Assembly: GCA_965235115.1 (NCBI GenBank)
Contig: OZ249437.1
Span: forward strand, 19,654,001-19,718,000
DNA length: 64,000 nucleotides
Reading direction: 5' to 3'
Source: Laetmonice hystrix
Lineage: Eukaryota
This document shows positions 49,400-62,214 of the stretch, in pieces; position 1 is the first letter of the stretch; each line of letters starts with the position of its first letter. Position numbers and translations under genes: made by a program. The notes under the pieces are model-generated. The model was not told the origin of the DNA and searched no databases. It worked only from the letters and a program-made list of their open reading frames with translations.

Positions 49400-52300
49400 G
49401 AGACGGTCCCCAGGGCGTGATTTGGAGGGGTATGGTATGATGTAAGACCAGCTCATGGCATGATGTAGGCAGACACGGCCCACAGGGCGTGAGTTGGAGA
49501 GGTATGGTATGATGTAAGACCAGCTCATGGCATGATGTAGGCAGACACGATCCTCAGGGAGTGAGTTGGAGGGGTATGGTATGATGTAAGACCAGCTCAT
49601 GGCATGATGTAGGCAGACACGGCCCACAGGGCGTGAGTTGGAGAGGTATGGTATGATGTAAGACCAGCTCATGGCATGATGTAGGCAGACACGGTCGCCA
49701 GGGCGTGAGTTGGAGAGGTATGGTATGATGTAAGACCAGCTCATGGCATGATGTAGGCAGACACGGTCGCCAGGGCGTGAGTTGGAGGGGTATGGTATGA
49801 TGTAAGACCAGCTCATGGCATGATGTAGGCAGACACGGTCCTCAGGGCGTGAGTTGGAGGGGTATGGTATGATGTAAGACCAGCTCATGGCATGATGTAG
49901 GCAGACACGGCCCACAGGGCGTGAGTTGGAGAGGTATGGTATGATGTAAGACCAGCTCATGGCATGATGTAGGCAGACACGGTCCTCAGGGAGTGAGCTG
50001 GGGGGGTATGGTATGATGTAAGACCAGCTCATGGCATGATGTAGGCAGACACGATCCTCAGGGAGTGAGTTGGAGGGGTATGGTATGATGTAAGACCAGC
50101 TCATGGCATGATGTAGGCAGACACGGTCCTCAGGGAGTGAGTTGGAGGGGTATGGTATGATGTAAGACCAGCTCATGGCATGATGTAGGCAGACACGGTC
50201 CTCAGGGAGTGAGTTGGAGGGGTATGGTATGATGTAAGACCAGCTCATGGCATGATGTAGGCAGACACGATCCTCAGGGAGTGAGTTGGAGGGGTATGGT
50301 ATGATGTAAGACCAGCTCATGGCATGATGTAGGCAGACACGGTCGCCAGGGCGTGAGTTGGAGGGGTATGGTATGATGTAAGACCAGCTCATGGCATGAT
50401 GTAGGCAGACACGGTCCTCAGGGCGTGAGTTGGAGGGGTATGGTATGATGTAAGACCAGCTCATGGCATGATGTAGGCAGACACGGCCCACAGGGCGTGA
50501 GTTGGAGAGGTATGGTATGATGTAAGACCAGCTCATGGCATGATGTAGGCAGACACGGTCACCAGGGAGTGAGTTGGAGGGGTGTGGTATGATGTAAGAC
50601 CAGCTCATGGCATGATGTAGGCAGACACGGTCGCCAGGGCGTGAGTTGGAGGGGTATGGTATGATGTAAGACCAGCTCATGGCATGATGTAGGCAGACAC
50701 GGTCCCCAGGGCGTGAGTTGGAGGGGTATGGTATGATGTAAGACCAGCTCATGGCATGATGTAGGCAGACACGGCCCACAGGGCGTGAGTTGGAGAGGTA
50801 TGGTATGATGTAAGACCAGCTCATGGCATGATGTAGGCAGACACGGTCGCCAGGGCGTGATTTGGAGGGGTATGGTATGATGTAAGACCAGCTCATGGCA
50901 TGATGTAAGCAGACAGGGCCTCAGGGCGTGAGTTGGAGAGGTATGGTATGATGTAAGACCAGCTCATGGCATGATGTAGGCAGACACGGTCCCCAGGGCG
51001 TGAGCTGGAGGGGTATGGTATGATGTAAGAACACCTCATGGCATGATGTAGGCAGACACGGTCCCCAGGGCGTGAGCTGGAGGGGTATGGTATGATGTAA
51101 GAACACCTCGTGGCATGATGTAGGCAGACACGGTCCCCAGGGCGTGAGCTGGAGGGGCATGGTATGATGTAAGAACACCTCGTGGCATGATGTAGGCAGA
51201 CACGGTCCCCAGGGAGTGAGCTGGAGGGGTATGGTATGATGTAAGACCAGCTCATGGCATGATGTAGGCAGACACGGTCCCCAGGGCGTGAGTTGGAGGG
51301 GTATGGTATGATGTAAGACCAGCTCATGGCATGATGTAGGCAGACACGGTCCCCAGGGCGTGAGTTGGAGGGGTATGGTATGATGTAAGACCAGCTCATG
51401 GCATGATGTAGGCAGACACGGTCCCCAGGGCGTGAGTTGGAGGGGTATGGTATGATGTAAGACCAGCTCATGGCATGATGTAGGCAGACACGGTCCCCAG
51501 GGCGTGAGTTGGAGGGGTATGGTATGATGTAAGACCAGCTCATGGCATGATGTAGGCAGACACGGTCCCCAGGGCGTGAGCTCGAGGGGTATGGTATGAT
51601 GTAAGAACACCTCGTGGCATGATGTAGGCAGACACGGTCCCCAGGGCGTGAGCTGGAGGGGTATGGTATGATGTAAGAACACCTCGTGGCATGATGTAGG
51701 CAGACACGGTCCCCAGGGCGTGAGCTGGAGGGGTATGGTATGATGTAAGACCAGCTCATGGCATGATGTAGGCAGACACGGTCCTCAGGGAGTGAGCTGG
51801 GGGGTGTGGTATGATGTAAGACCAGCTCATGGCATGATGTAGGCAGACACGGTCCCCAGGGAGTGAGCTGGAGGGGTATGGTATGATGTAAGACCAGCTC
51901 ATGGCATGATGTAGGCAGACACGGTCCCCAGGGCGTGAGTTGGAGGGGTATGGTATGATGTAAGACCAGCTCATGGCATGATGTAGGCAGACACGGTCCT
52001 CAGGGCGTGAGTTGGAGGGGTATGGTATGATGTAAGACCAGCTCATGGCATGATGTAGGCAGACACGGTCCCCAGGGAGTGAGCTGGAGGGGTATGGTAT
52101 GATGTAAGACCAGCTCATGGCATGATGTAGGCAGACACGGTCCCCAGGGAGTGAGCTGGAGGGGTATGGTATGATGTAAGACCAGCTCATGGCATGATGT
52201 AGGCAGACACGGTCCCCAGGGAGTGAGCTGGAGGGGTATGGTATGATGTAAGACCAGCTCATGGCATGATGTAGGCAGACACGGTCCTCAGGGAGTGAGT

Positions 52301-52968
52301 TGGAGGGGTATGGTATGATGTAAGACCAGCTCATGGCATGATGTAGGCAGACACGGTCCTCAGGGCGTGAGTTGGAGGGGTATGGTATGATGTAAGACCA
52401 GCTCATGGCATGATGTAGGCAGACACGGTCGCCAGGGCGTGAGTTGGAGGGGTATGGTATGATGTAAGACCAGCTCATGGCATGATGTAGGCAGACACGG
52501 TCCCCAGGGAGTGAGCTGGAGGGGTATGGTATGATGTAAGACCAGCTCATGGCATGATGTAGGCAGACACGGTCCCCAGGGCGTGAGTTGGAGGGGTATG
52601 GTATGATGTAAGACCAGCTCATGGCATGATGTAGGCAGACACGGTCCCCAGGGAGTGAGCTGGAGGGGTATGGTATGATGTAAGACCAGCTCATGGCATG
52701 ATGTAGGCAGACACGGTCCTCAGGGCGTGAGTTGGAGGGGTATGGTATGATGTAAGACCAGCTCATGGCATGATGTAGGCAGACACGGTCCTCAGGGCGT
52801 GAGTTGGAGGGGTATGGTATGATGTAAGACCAGCTCATGGCATGATGTAGGCAGACACGGTCCTCACGGCGTGAGTTGGAGGGGTATGGTATCTCATGGC
52901 ATGATGTAAGCAGACAGGGCCTCAGGGCGTGAGCTGGGGGGTATGGTATGATGTAAGACCAGCTCATG
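49400..52968 (+). repeat. 72-bp minisatellite, about 49 copies, with a near-invariant 46-bp core and a variable 26-bp segment
   Basis: Direct periodicity (24-aa periodic minus-strand ORFs, shifted at 71-bp units). Confidence 0.98.
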
Positions 52969-54164
52969 GTTCGGAGAGTCAGGCGGCCATTTCCGTGAGT
53001 TACACCATACCATGCAGCATGCTATTTGTATATACTGCCATCGAGCGAACCAGTTTGTACAGGTCAAATCACTACCCTAACTTTTCTCTATAGAGTAATA
53101 CCATCCTAACCACATTACGCCCATACGGTACAATTCCCATTGAAAATACATAGAAAGTTCTCCAACCAGAGGGAATAGAGTATGGAGCCCCTACCATAAC
53201 CACCCCACCACCACCGCCACCACCGCCACCACGTACATTCCTCTCGATGATCGACACTAATGTAACCGCTGTCCATTTCACTCAGGTTACACTGGGAGTT
53301 TTTCACTAAATATGTGACAGCGTTGAATAATTCTGATTGATGAGGGTTGGAGGTAGGTCTGGGACTGAGTGGGAGTTAATCTAAAGGCTGCAAGACGGGA
53401 ATACATACAGCTTCGTTTTGTAATAAATGCTACACCGACATTATTGATGTATGGAGTGTTTTGGATTTTGTAAACTACCTACAAGTCTTGCCGAAGTACT
53501 GTCAAATTGCCGACTCTCCTTCTTGTAATTGTGTTTGGCTGCGCGGCCTTTAAGGTTATTTTTTTAAAGATTAATATCAACCCCTGGCTGTATCCATGAA
53601 CTTGTGTCATATCTTTCTGCCAAATGCAACTTGGATGAAAGTAGGATGAAAGTTGTGTATGTCACGTTTTCACTGCTCTTGATGGCCAAATTGAAATGCC
53701 CAGGTTTCAGCATTCTGCTAGAGCTTTGCATATTGCATAATTTGGATTCAGTCAGTGGTCCCCGAGTCGCCCCCCCCCCCCCGTTATGGTTTTACCCGCC
53801 GGTTTATTTCTGGGCGGTTTACCCTGGTAGGATGTAGTGTATCAACTTTATAGTTCATCTACATGATGACGAGGTAAAGACAGCTGGTAAACATCAATTG
53901 TGATCATTCACTGTGTGAGACTAATATCCTTCAGACACTGCCATCAAGATCTAGTGCTGGGATGTATTCTTTTCAAAGGTAGATATACAATGGTCTACCA
54001 ACTAAACAATAAAACACAATAATAGGCAATAAAAGACCTCAAGTAGACGTGTCGGTAAATGACGCAAGGAGAATTACCTGAGTGTTTGCACTCAGTTAGC
54101 GTAGAACGCTTACTGCCACAGCTGTCGGGGTAGCGGTGAGGCTTCGCTTGGGGATCGGTTGTGC

Positions 54165-55222
54165 GGGTCTCCTGTAAATCAGTAGGTTGTTTGCTGGTCT
54201 CCTGTAAACCAGTAGGTGGTTTGCTGGTCCCCTGTAGGTGGTTTGCTAGTCTCCTGTAAACCAGTAGGTGGTTTGCTGGTCTCCTGTAGGTGGTTTGCTG
54301 GTCTCCTGTAAACCAGTAGGTGGTGTGCTGGTCTCCTGTAAACCAGTAGGTGGTTTGCTAGTCTCCTGTAAACCAGTAGGTGGTTTACTGGTCTCCTGTA
54401 AACCAGTACGTAGTTTACTGGTCTCCTGTAAACCAGTAGGTGGTTTGCTGGTCTCCTGTAGGTGGTTTGCTGGTCTCCTGTAAACCAGTACGTAGTTTAC
54501 TGGTCTCCTGTAAACCAGTAGGTGGTTTGCTGGTCTCCTGTAGGTGGTTTGCTGGTCTCCTGTAAACCAGTAGGTGGTGTGCTGGTCTCCTGTAAACCAG
54601 TAGGTGGTTTGCTGGTCTCCTGTAAACCAGTAAGTGGTTTGCTGGTCTCCTGTAAACCAGTAGGTGGTTTACGGGTCTCCTGTAAACCAGTAGGTGGTTT
54701 ACGGGTCTCCTGTAAACCAGTAGGTGGTTTGCTGGTCTCCTGTAAACCAGTAGGTGGTTTGCGGGTCTCCTGTAGGTGGTTTGCTGGTCTCCTGTAAACC
54801 AGTAGGTGGTTTGCTGGTCTCCTGTAAACCAGTAGGTGGTTTGCTGGTCTCCTGTAAACCAGTAGGTGGTTTGCTAGTCTCCTGTAAACCAGTAGGTGGT
54901 TTACTGGTCTCCTGTAAACCAGTAGGTGGTTTGCTAGTCTCCTGTAAACCAGTAGGTGGTTTGCTAGTCTACTGTAAACTAGTAGGTGGTTTGCTAGTCT
55001 CCTGTAAACCAGTAGGTGGTTTGCTGGTCTCCTGTAAACCAGTAGGTGGTTTGCTGGTCTCCTGTAAACCAGTAGGTGGTTTGCTGGTCTCCTGTAAACC
55101 AGTAGGTGGTTTGCTGGTCTCCTGTACATGGTTTGCTGGTCTCGTGTAAACCAGTAGGTGGTTTGCTGGTCTCGTGTAAACCAGTAGGTGGTTTGCTGGT
55201 TTCCTGCAAACCAGTAGGTGGT
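54165..55222 (+). repeat. 30-bp minisatellite (TGTAAACCAGTAGGTGGTTTGCTGGTCTCC), about 35 copies, with occasional 20-bp short units
   Basis: Direct periodicity. Confidence 0.97.
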
Positions 55223-55767
55223 GTGTTAAATAACAGATCTAGCTGGTGCACGGCATTCACTATCTGAAATTGATTTTCTGCAGGAATGACGTCACTAGAC
55301 TACCACACCCTATAGGGAATACTGAAAAACTTTTGATTGCCGGTGTGTAGTTGAATTTTACATTTTCCAAACCATTGGGCAGATAAGTTTGATAACCATA
55401 GTGTTGCATAGTCTTTGAAAAAAAAAGATAGTACCTAATGGATTGACAGCTTCACATAATTACGTGAATTTACTAGTGTTTTTTTAAGAAAATGAAAAAT
55501 AAAGGAATAATTATTTTCACCGGGTCTCCAAACACTGTAACCTCGATTTAGAGACCATCTCTGCCCTGTCTCATCGTGGAGTACATACAGTAAATTGTTA
55601 ACCCCCAACCGTCAGTGAGCGTAGACGGCCAATAATACCAAACCTCCAGTGATCGCATGACTTCAATCAGCCTGTGACGTCTTCCTTTCTAATCCTAGTG
55701 ACCATTCGTGAAGTTTTCATTCACTTAACATCCGCACTGTTAGTTCTTGGAGATTAGTTCTCCCACT

Positions 55768-56450
55768 CATTGACAGGTGTGAATACTCTCCAACTCCTTG
55801 ACAGGTTGGAATACTCTCCAACTCAATGACAGGTTGGAATACTCTCCAACTCATTGACAGGTTGGAATACATGTACTCTCCAACTCATTGACAGGTTGGA
55901 ATACTCTACAACTCATTGACAGGTTGGAATACTCTCCAACTCATTGACAGGTTGGAATACTCTCCAACTCAACATTGACAGGTTGGAATACTCTCCAACT
56001 CATTGACAGGTTGGACTACTCTCCAACTCAATGACAGGTTGGAATACTCTCCAACTCAATGACAGGTTGGAATACTCTCCAACTCATTGACAGGTTGGAA
56101 TACTCTCCAACTCATTGACAGGTTGGAATACTCTCCAACTCATTGACAGGTTGGAGTACTCTCCAACTCATTGACAGGTTGGAATACTCTCCAACTCATT
56201 GACAGGTTGGAATACTCTCCAACTTAACATTGACAGGTTGGAATACTCTCCAACTCATTGGCAGGTTAGAATACAGTTACTCTCCAACTCATTGACAGGT
56301 TGGAATACTCTCCAACTCAACATTGACAGGTTGGAATACTCTCCAACTCATTGACAGGTTGGAATACTCTCCAACTCAATGACAGGTTGGAATACTCTGT
56401 AGCTCATTGACAGGTTGGAATACTCTAGCTCATTGGCAGGTTGGAATACT
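55768..56450 (+). repeat. 28-bp minisatellite (TTGACAGGTTGGAATACTCTCCAACTCA), about 24 copies
   Basis: Direct periodicity. Confidence 0.96.
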
Positions 56451-56474
56451 CCGTTGACTGAAAACTGGTATTTG

Positions 56475-56793
56475 AGACTTACTCTAACCGTACATGTGGT
56501 TATGTTCAGACTTACTCTAACCGTACATGTGGTCATGTTCAGACTTACTCTAACCGTACATGTGGTCATGTTCAGACTTACTCTAACCGTACATGTGGTT
56601 ATGTTCAGACTTACTCTAACCGTACATGTGGTTATCTTCAGACTTACTCTAACCGTACATGTGGTAAATGTTCAGACTTACTCTAACCGTACATGTGGTT
56701 ATGTTCAGACTTACTCTAACCGTACATGTGGTTATCTTCAGACTTACTCTAACCGTACACGTGGTTATCTTCAGACTTACTCTAACCGTACAT
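56475..56793 (+). repeat. 33-bp minisatellite (TTCAGACTTACTCTAACCGTACATGTGGTTATG), about 10 copies
   Basis: Direct periodicity; minus-strand GTAAGT in each unit. Confidence 0.96.
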
Positions 56794-57934
56794 GTGGTTA
56801 TTGAGAAGGGTATAACGTTACTACCCCAAGGAACCGTTTGCAGCCTTCGAACTGTTCCCTTAATGTCTGTACATGTGACGGTTTATTTCTGACTGGTTTG
56901 TCCCTGAGCCACGAGGCTGATCAATGGGCCCATGCTAACCTAATGGCCATTGATTAGCACACAGCATGGCCAGCAATGTCAAAGGAACCAGTTCTTCATC
57001 AAGGGCAGGCAGAAATGGTCTGTGTGTGATTAAGGCCTGTCTCTAGGGGTAGAATATCTATGACATGGTGTGTCCGAATTTTTACTGTCATAAAGCGGTG
57101 AAGATTGTCTGCCTATATGAACTTTATTGATATATGTCGAGAGTTGTATTGAAATCGTTGAAAGGAATAGAGTGTAAGAGAAACTGTGTTCTTACACATT
57201 GATGGCCGTAATCGTCGAGGTGTCGGGACCGATTCATTTTGAGTCACTAACTTGATGAAAATTCAAAAAAGATTTTTTAAATGGAATGTTTTTTAAGTGG
57301 AATGTAGTATAAGACATTATTTGAGCAGGTGCACGAGATTCTTAAAGTACACCGTTCCAGATATAAGACTGGAAGTTTAACGGTTTCACAGCTGGCACCT
57401 GTATACACAATATCCTGGGGACAGAGGATATAATCTGTAAATACATATTATGTGATTACGAAACTAAAAAATTAAAACATGGCAAAAGAAGCATGAATCC
57501 ATCAGTTGCTGGGAGAATAGCTAAAGACATCGAAAGATATTAAACATTGAAGAAGCTTCAGGGTCATAAACCTCAACCATATATATAGTATCCTTGACTA
57601 TTTTTGTTTGATCGCAAGTGGAGATTGAATGAGCGGTGCACAGAGGTGAGAAGATCGTAACCTGTTTGACTGAGAATATTGCTGCCTTCATTTCACAGGT
57701 TGATATTGGATCGGTGTCCCAGAACGAGTCTCTAACTTCATAACCATGCATCAAACGGCGTTCGACCCGTCGCCTGATTCTCAATCATACTTAGCGCGAA
57801 CCTTTCACCATTGGGCTGTATGCGAGAGGGAGAGCAGTTGAAAGCCGAGTGCTGAACGAGAAATGAACGTCACACAGACTGGTTTACTCTAACCATTTTA
57901 TACTGACATCGGTGGTCAAAGAAATGGTAGAGAT

Positions 57935-58105
57935 GAAAATAATATAAAGAAAATAATATAATGAAAATAATATTAGGAAAATAATATAAGAAAAATAATA
58001 TGAGGAAAGTAAGATTAGGAAAATAAGATTAGGAAATAATATTAGGAAAATAATATAAGGAAAATAATATAAGGAAAATAATATAAGGAAAATAATATAA
58101 GGAAA
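57935..58105 (+). repeat. AT-rich 14-bp tandem repeat (GGAAAATAATATAA)
   Basis: Direct periodicity. Confidence 0.9.
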
Positions 58106-59557
58106 ACAGAGCGGCGGATTGCGGATGGTTGTGCTGACGTCCTGCTCGCGTGACCTCGTGTCCGTTTGACCAACACCACACTGGTTGTTGGGAGAGAAGG
58201 GTGAATTGATCTCGACACGGACCCCACTTTGATGGTCGGAGAACCCGCATACTGATCGGGTGGTCGCGTTCCCAGGTGGAATTATCTTCTCGTGAGTTTA
58301 CTGGGATGGTGTTTTCATTTCCCTCTTGTCTAATTCTTCCAAGTGTGCATTGACTATGTGACACTTGTTTCACCAAACCCAGCAGATCCTGAAAGTAATC
58401 ATCTTTCAAAGAAGATTGCCGCCAGCCCAAAACAAACTTCTGCTTTGCATTTTAACGTTTAGCCTAAATCCATTTCTTTGCGATATATTTGAATCCATTA
58501 AGTAGATATTGCATGATGGCGCGGGGTTAAGATGGTATTATGGCGTGATAATGTACCCAAGGCGTAGCTGAGGGCATGCTGCATAACTGTCGAGACCTTG
58601 CGTCGCTATGTCATATTCACTTTAGCACACTTTTGTATCTCACACCAATGTCGCAAGATTGATCCGGTCGCCAAGAGTGCATTATGCTGTAATACTATTG
58701 CCTTTGCTAGGTCATACTTGACCTTTTAGCGGTGCCAGCGTGTGCTAATAGGTTTATACAGAGAAGACCTTTGAAGAACTTAGATACTCCCTAGAAGGTG
58801 TCTGGTAGAGTTGTGATGTGTTAGGGTGGCTGGGGCGGTATCTGGTTTGTTTCACGAGGCCAGGCCCACCTCGAGTTGGACAGCTACATTCTCATGTGGT
58901 CAACCTCCCAACTCTCCTGTGTCCCCTCGTGTTTCAGTCGGTACCTGGCGGCAACATAGTCTGCGTATAATTAGAAAGTCTCAAATCATTTTAGCGAGTG
59001 CAGAGCGTACAAGGTGGGCGATAATTAGGTGTCCTTGGGCCCTGTAAAGGTTACATACACGCATGGTTGGGTGTTGTTCCGACAGGAGCAGTGGCATTTT
59101 ACCGCCCTGTCTAGGACTGTACGAGGCTCAGGGGTGCCTGGTGACAAATTGCTTACATGAAGCCAGAGTAACGATATGCCAGCACTATTTCCCGCGGAAA
59201 ATGTCGCCCCCTGGGGGCAGCAAAAGGCACTTAAAAGTATCGTAATTGATGCAGAGAGAGAACAATAGAATATCGCAGTGTCTGATCTCAGCGCCCTCTC
59301 CGGGAACATCTAGAACCATTACTGGAGTGAGCAAATGGAGGTTTCTCCCGTCAATAGATTCCCAGTCTAAAGAGGACAATAACTTCTTGTAGATAGCATA
59401 GCCAGGTTTAAGGCGTAGCACCTCCTCAGACGTTGTGCCATCCATATATTATGTGTCAAATAGCTGAGGGCCCATTTCAGGTCGAGTATTGGATTAGCGG
59501 CGTCTGCCTGTGGTCTGCATGGGCCATTCAAGGGGAGCTTCTGGATGTTAACATAGT

Positions 59558-60380
59558 GAGAGAATGGGTAGAGACTGTTGGGGCTTGTTGTCATCGTGTA
59601 CGGGAGAATGGGTAGAGACTGTTAGGGCTTGTTGTCATCGTGTACGGGAGAATGGGTAGAGACTGTTGGTGCTTGTTGTCAACGTGTACGGGAAAATGGG
59701 TAGAGACTGTTGGGGCTTGTTGTCATCGCGTACGGAAGAATGGGTAGAGACTGTTGGGGCTTGTTGTCATCATGTACGGGAGAATTGGTAGAGACTGTTG
59801 GGGCTTGCTGTCATCGTATACGGGAGAATGGGTGGAGACTGTTGGGGCTTGTTGTCATCGTGTACGGGAGAATGGGTGGAGACTGTTGGGGCTTGTTGTC
59901 AACGTGTACGGGAGAATGGGTAGAGACTGTTGGGGCTTGTTGTCATCGTGTACGGGAGAATGGGTAGAGACTGTTGGGGCTTGTTGTCATCGCGTACGGG
60001 AGAATGGGTAGAGACTGTTGGGGCTTGTTGTCATCGTGTACGGGAGAATGGGTAGAGACTGTTGGTGCTTGTTGTCATCGTGTACGGGAGAATGGGTTGA
60101 GACTGTTGGGGCTTGTTGTCATCGTGTACGGGAGAATGGGTAGAGACTGTTAGGGCTTGTTGTCATCGCGTACGGGAGAATGGGTGGAGACTGTTGGGGC
60201 TTGTTGTCATCGCGTACGGGAGAATGGGTAGAGACTGTTGGTGCTTGTTGTCATCGTGTACGGGAGAATGGGTAGAGACTGTTGGGGCTTGTTGTCATCG
60301 CGTACGGGAGAATGGGTGGAGACTGTTGGGGCTTGTTGTCATCGCGTACGGGAGAATGGGTGGAGACTGTTGGGGCTTGC
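59558..60380 (+). repeat. 44-bp minisatellite (TGGGTAGAGACTGTTGGGGCTTGTTGTCATCGTGTACGGGAGAA), at least 18 copies, running into a gap
   Basis: Direct periodicity. Confidence 0.97.
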
Positions 60381-60544
60381 NNNNNNNNNNNNNNNNNNNN
60401 NNNNNNNNNNNNNNNNNNNNNNNNNNNNNNNNNNNNNNNNNNNNNNNNNNNNNNNNNNNNNNNNNNNNNNNNNNNNNNNNNNNNNNNNNNNNNNNNNNNN
60501 NNNNNNNNNNNNNNNNNNNNNNNNNNNNNNNNNNNNNNNNNNNN
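60381..60544. other. Assembly gap (164 N)
   Basis: Run of N. Confidence 1.
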
Positions 60545-60814
60545 CTGTGGCCCTCTCTCTCTCTAACTTTTTCGATTGTCGTTATGATCAATCGACGTTT
60601 TTGACGCTCGTATTCGGCCGATTGGCCATAATGACTTGTTGATGTATACTCAGTACCAGGTGACAAGGTAAACAAATCTATGATATAAAGATTCCCGCCG
60701 AAGAAGGAAGCCCCAATCGTACTAATTCTTTCCTTCCTTCGTTGATCTGGCTGACGTATGTCATTTGTCGATCGGCATCACATCTTAGATGAAACAACCT
60801 TGTCAAATTAGAGG

Positions 60815-61057
60815 CAATTCTCAATGTATCGATCTATTGTCTGCCTGGCAGGCCGCACAATTCTCAATGTATCAATCTATTGTCTGCCTGGCAGGCCGCA
60901 CAATTCTCAATGTATCAATTTATTGTCTACCTGGCAGGCCGCACAATTCTCAATGTATCAATCTATTGTCTGCCTGGCAGGCCGCACAATTCTTAATGTA
61001 TCAATCTATTGTCTGCCTGGCAGGCCGCACAATTCTCAATGTATCAATCTATTGTCC
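60815..61057 (+). repeat. 43-bp minisatellite (AATTCTCAATGTATCAATCTATTGTCTGCCTGGCAGGCCGCAC), about 5.5 copies
   Basis: Direct periodicity. Confidence 0.95.
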
Positions 61058-61128
61058 TTATCAACTTGACACTAATCACTCTGTCTTTTGTTCCAGGTGA
61101 GTATAGACGTCAGTGTGGGGGGGCGCGT

Positions 61129-61182
61129 GGGCCAGGGCCAGGGCCAGGGCCAGGGCCAGGGCCAGGGCCAGGGCCAGGGCTA
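61129..61182 (+). repeat. (GGGCCA)n hexamer microsatellite, about 9 copies
   Basis: Direct. Confidence 0.92.
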
Positions 61183-61548
61183 GGCGGTAAGACTTTGAAG
61201 CTAAGTGAAGGGAATGTTATCTAAACACGATCACATACCAATACTTTGGTAGTGGTACCAAGTACATCACTTATTCGATTTTGAAAGCTGATAACGTAAG
61301 AGAAAGATCAGACAGGTACTGAAATCACTTGACTTCGGAGTGGGTGGAGGTTGAAGGGTGAACTCACCTGGGTCCTCAGGTGTGATCGGTGTAGGGAAAC
61401 TCCCTGCCTTTGGTCACGTTCCTGTTCTGGAGTAGCTGGAGTCGATAATCCTCCTTCATGATGACGTCATACGGAGAAATCCCTTCTCACGCAGTGCATG
61501 CTGGGCTACCTACAGGAGGTTTGATGAACAAATGAGCATGACCAAGTG

Positions 61549-61805
61549 GGCCACGCCCCGTTAAAGAGTTACAGAATTTATAGTTATGCCGTCATTTCTG
61601 CTATAGTCTTAATACAGACAACCATTTTAGCCGTTTTGGCCCATTTTTAGTGGTGTTTAGTGGCGCATGACATACACTGAGACTGGTCCCCTGTCTCCTG
61701 CCTCCGCTCCGTAGTCAAGACAGCTGGCAACCAGTCCAAACGCTGCTATATATAGAACAGCCAATCAGAAAATTCCCGCCACCAAAGATATTCTAGCCAA
61801 TCCGC
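61549..61805. promoter_or_regulatory. Promoter-like motif cluster: GC box GGCCACGCCCC (61549), TATATATA (about 61747), CCAAT boxes (61761, 61797), E2F-like TTCCCGCC (about 61774)
   Basis: Consensus matches only; no transcription start evidence. Confidence 0.35.
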
Positions 61806-61827
61806 GCTCTGCTGCTGCTACTGCGCT

Positions 61828-62214
61828 ATGGACCTACCTGGCTATGCCGTTGGTGGGTCCGCCAGATGGACCTACCCTGGCCATGCCGTTGGTGGGTCCG
61901 CCAGATGGACCTACCCTGGCCATGCCGTTGGTGGGCCCTCCAGATGGACCTACCCTGGCCATGCCGTTGGTGGGCCCGCCAGACGGACCTACCCTGGCCT
62001 GCCGTTGGTGGGCCCTGCCGTTGGTGGGTCCGCCAGATGGACCTACCCTGGCCATGCCGTTGGTGGGCCCGCCAGACGGACCTACCCTGGCCTGCCGTTG
62101 GTGGGCCCTGCCGTTGGTGGGTCCGCCAGATGGACCTACCCTGGCCATGCCGTTGGTGGGCCCGCCAGATGGACCTACCCTGGCCATGCCGTTGGTGGGC
62201 CCGCCAGATGGACT
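61828..62214 (+). repeat. 39-bp minisatellite (TGGACCTACCCTGGCCATGCCGTTGGTGGGCCCGCCAGA), about 10 copies, with variant units
   Basis: Direct periodicity. Confidence 0.95.

Noticed and set aside
49313-52967. 527, 288 and 403-aa ORFs with a 24-aa repeat
   Set aside because: Entirely minisatellite; the frame breaks at 71-bp units, with no flanking domain or signal.
49400-52968. CRISPR-like alternation of constant and variable segments
   Set aside because: The variable segments are near-identical alleles of one sequence, not unique spacers. There are no cas genes and the context is eukaryotic.
61009-61224. (GP)n collagen-like peptide
   Set aside because: A (GGGCCA)n microsatellite giving Gly-Pro dipeptides, not Gly-X-Y triplets.
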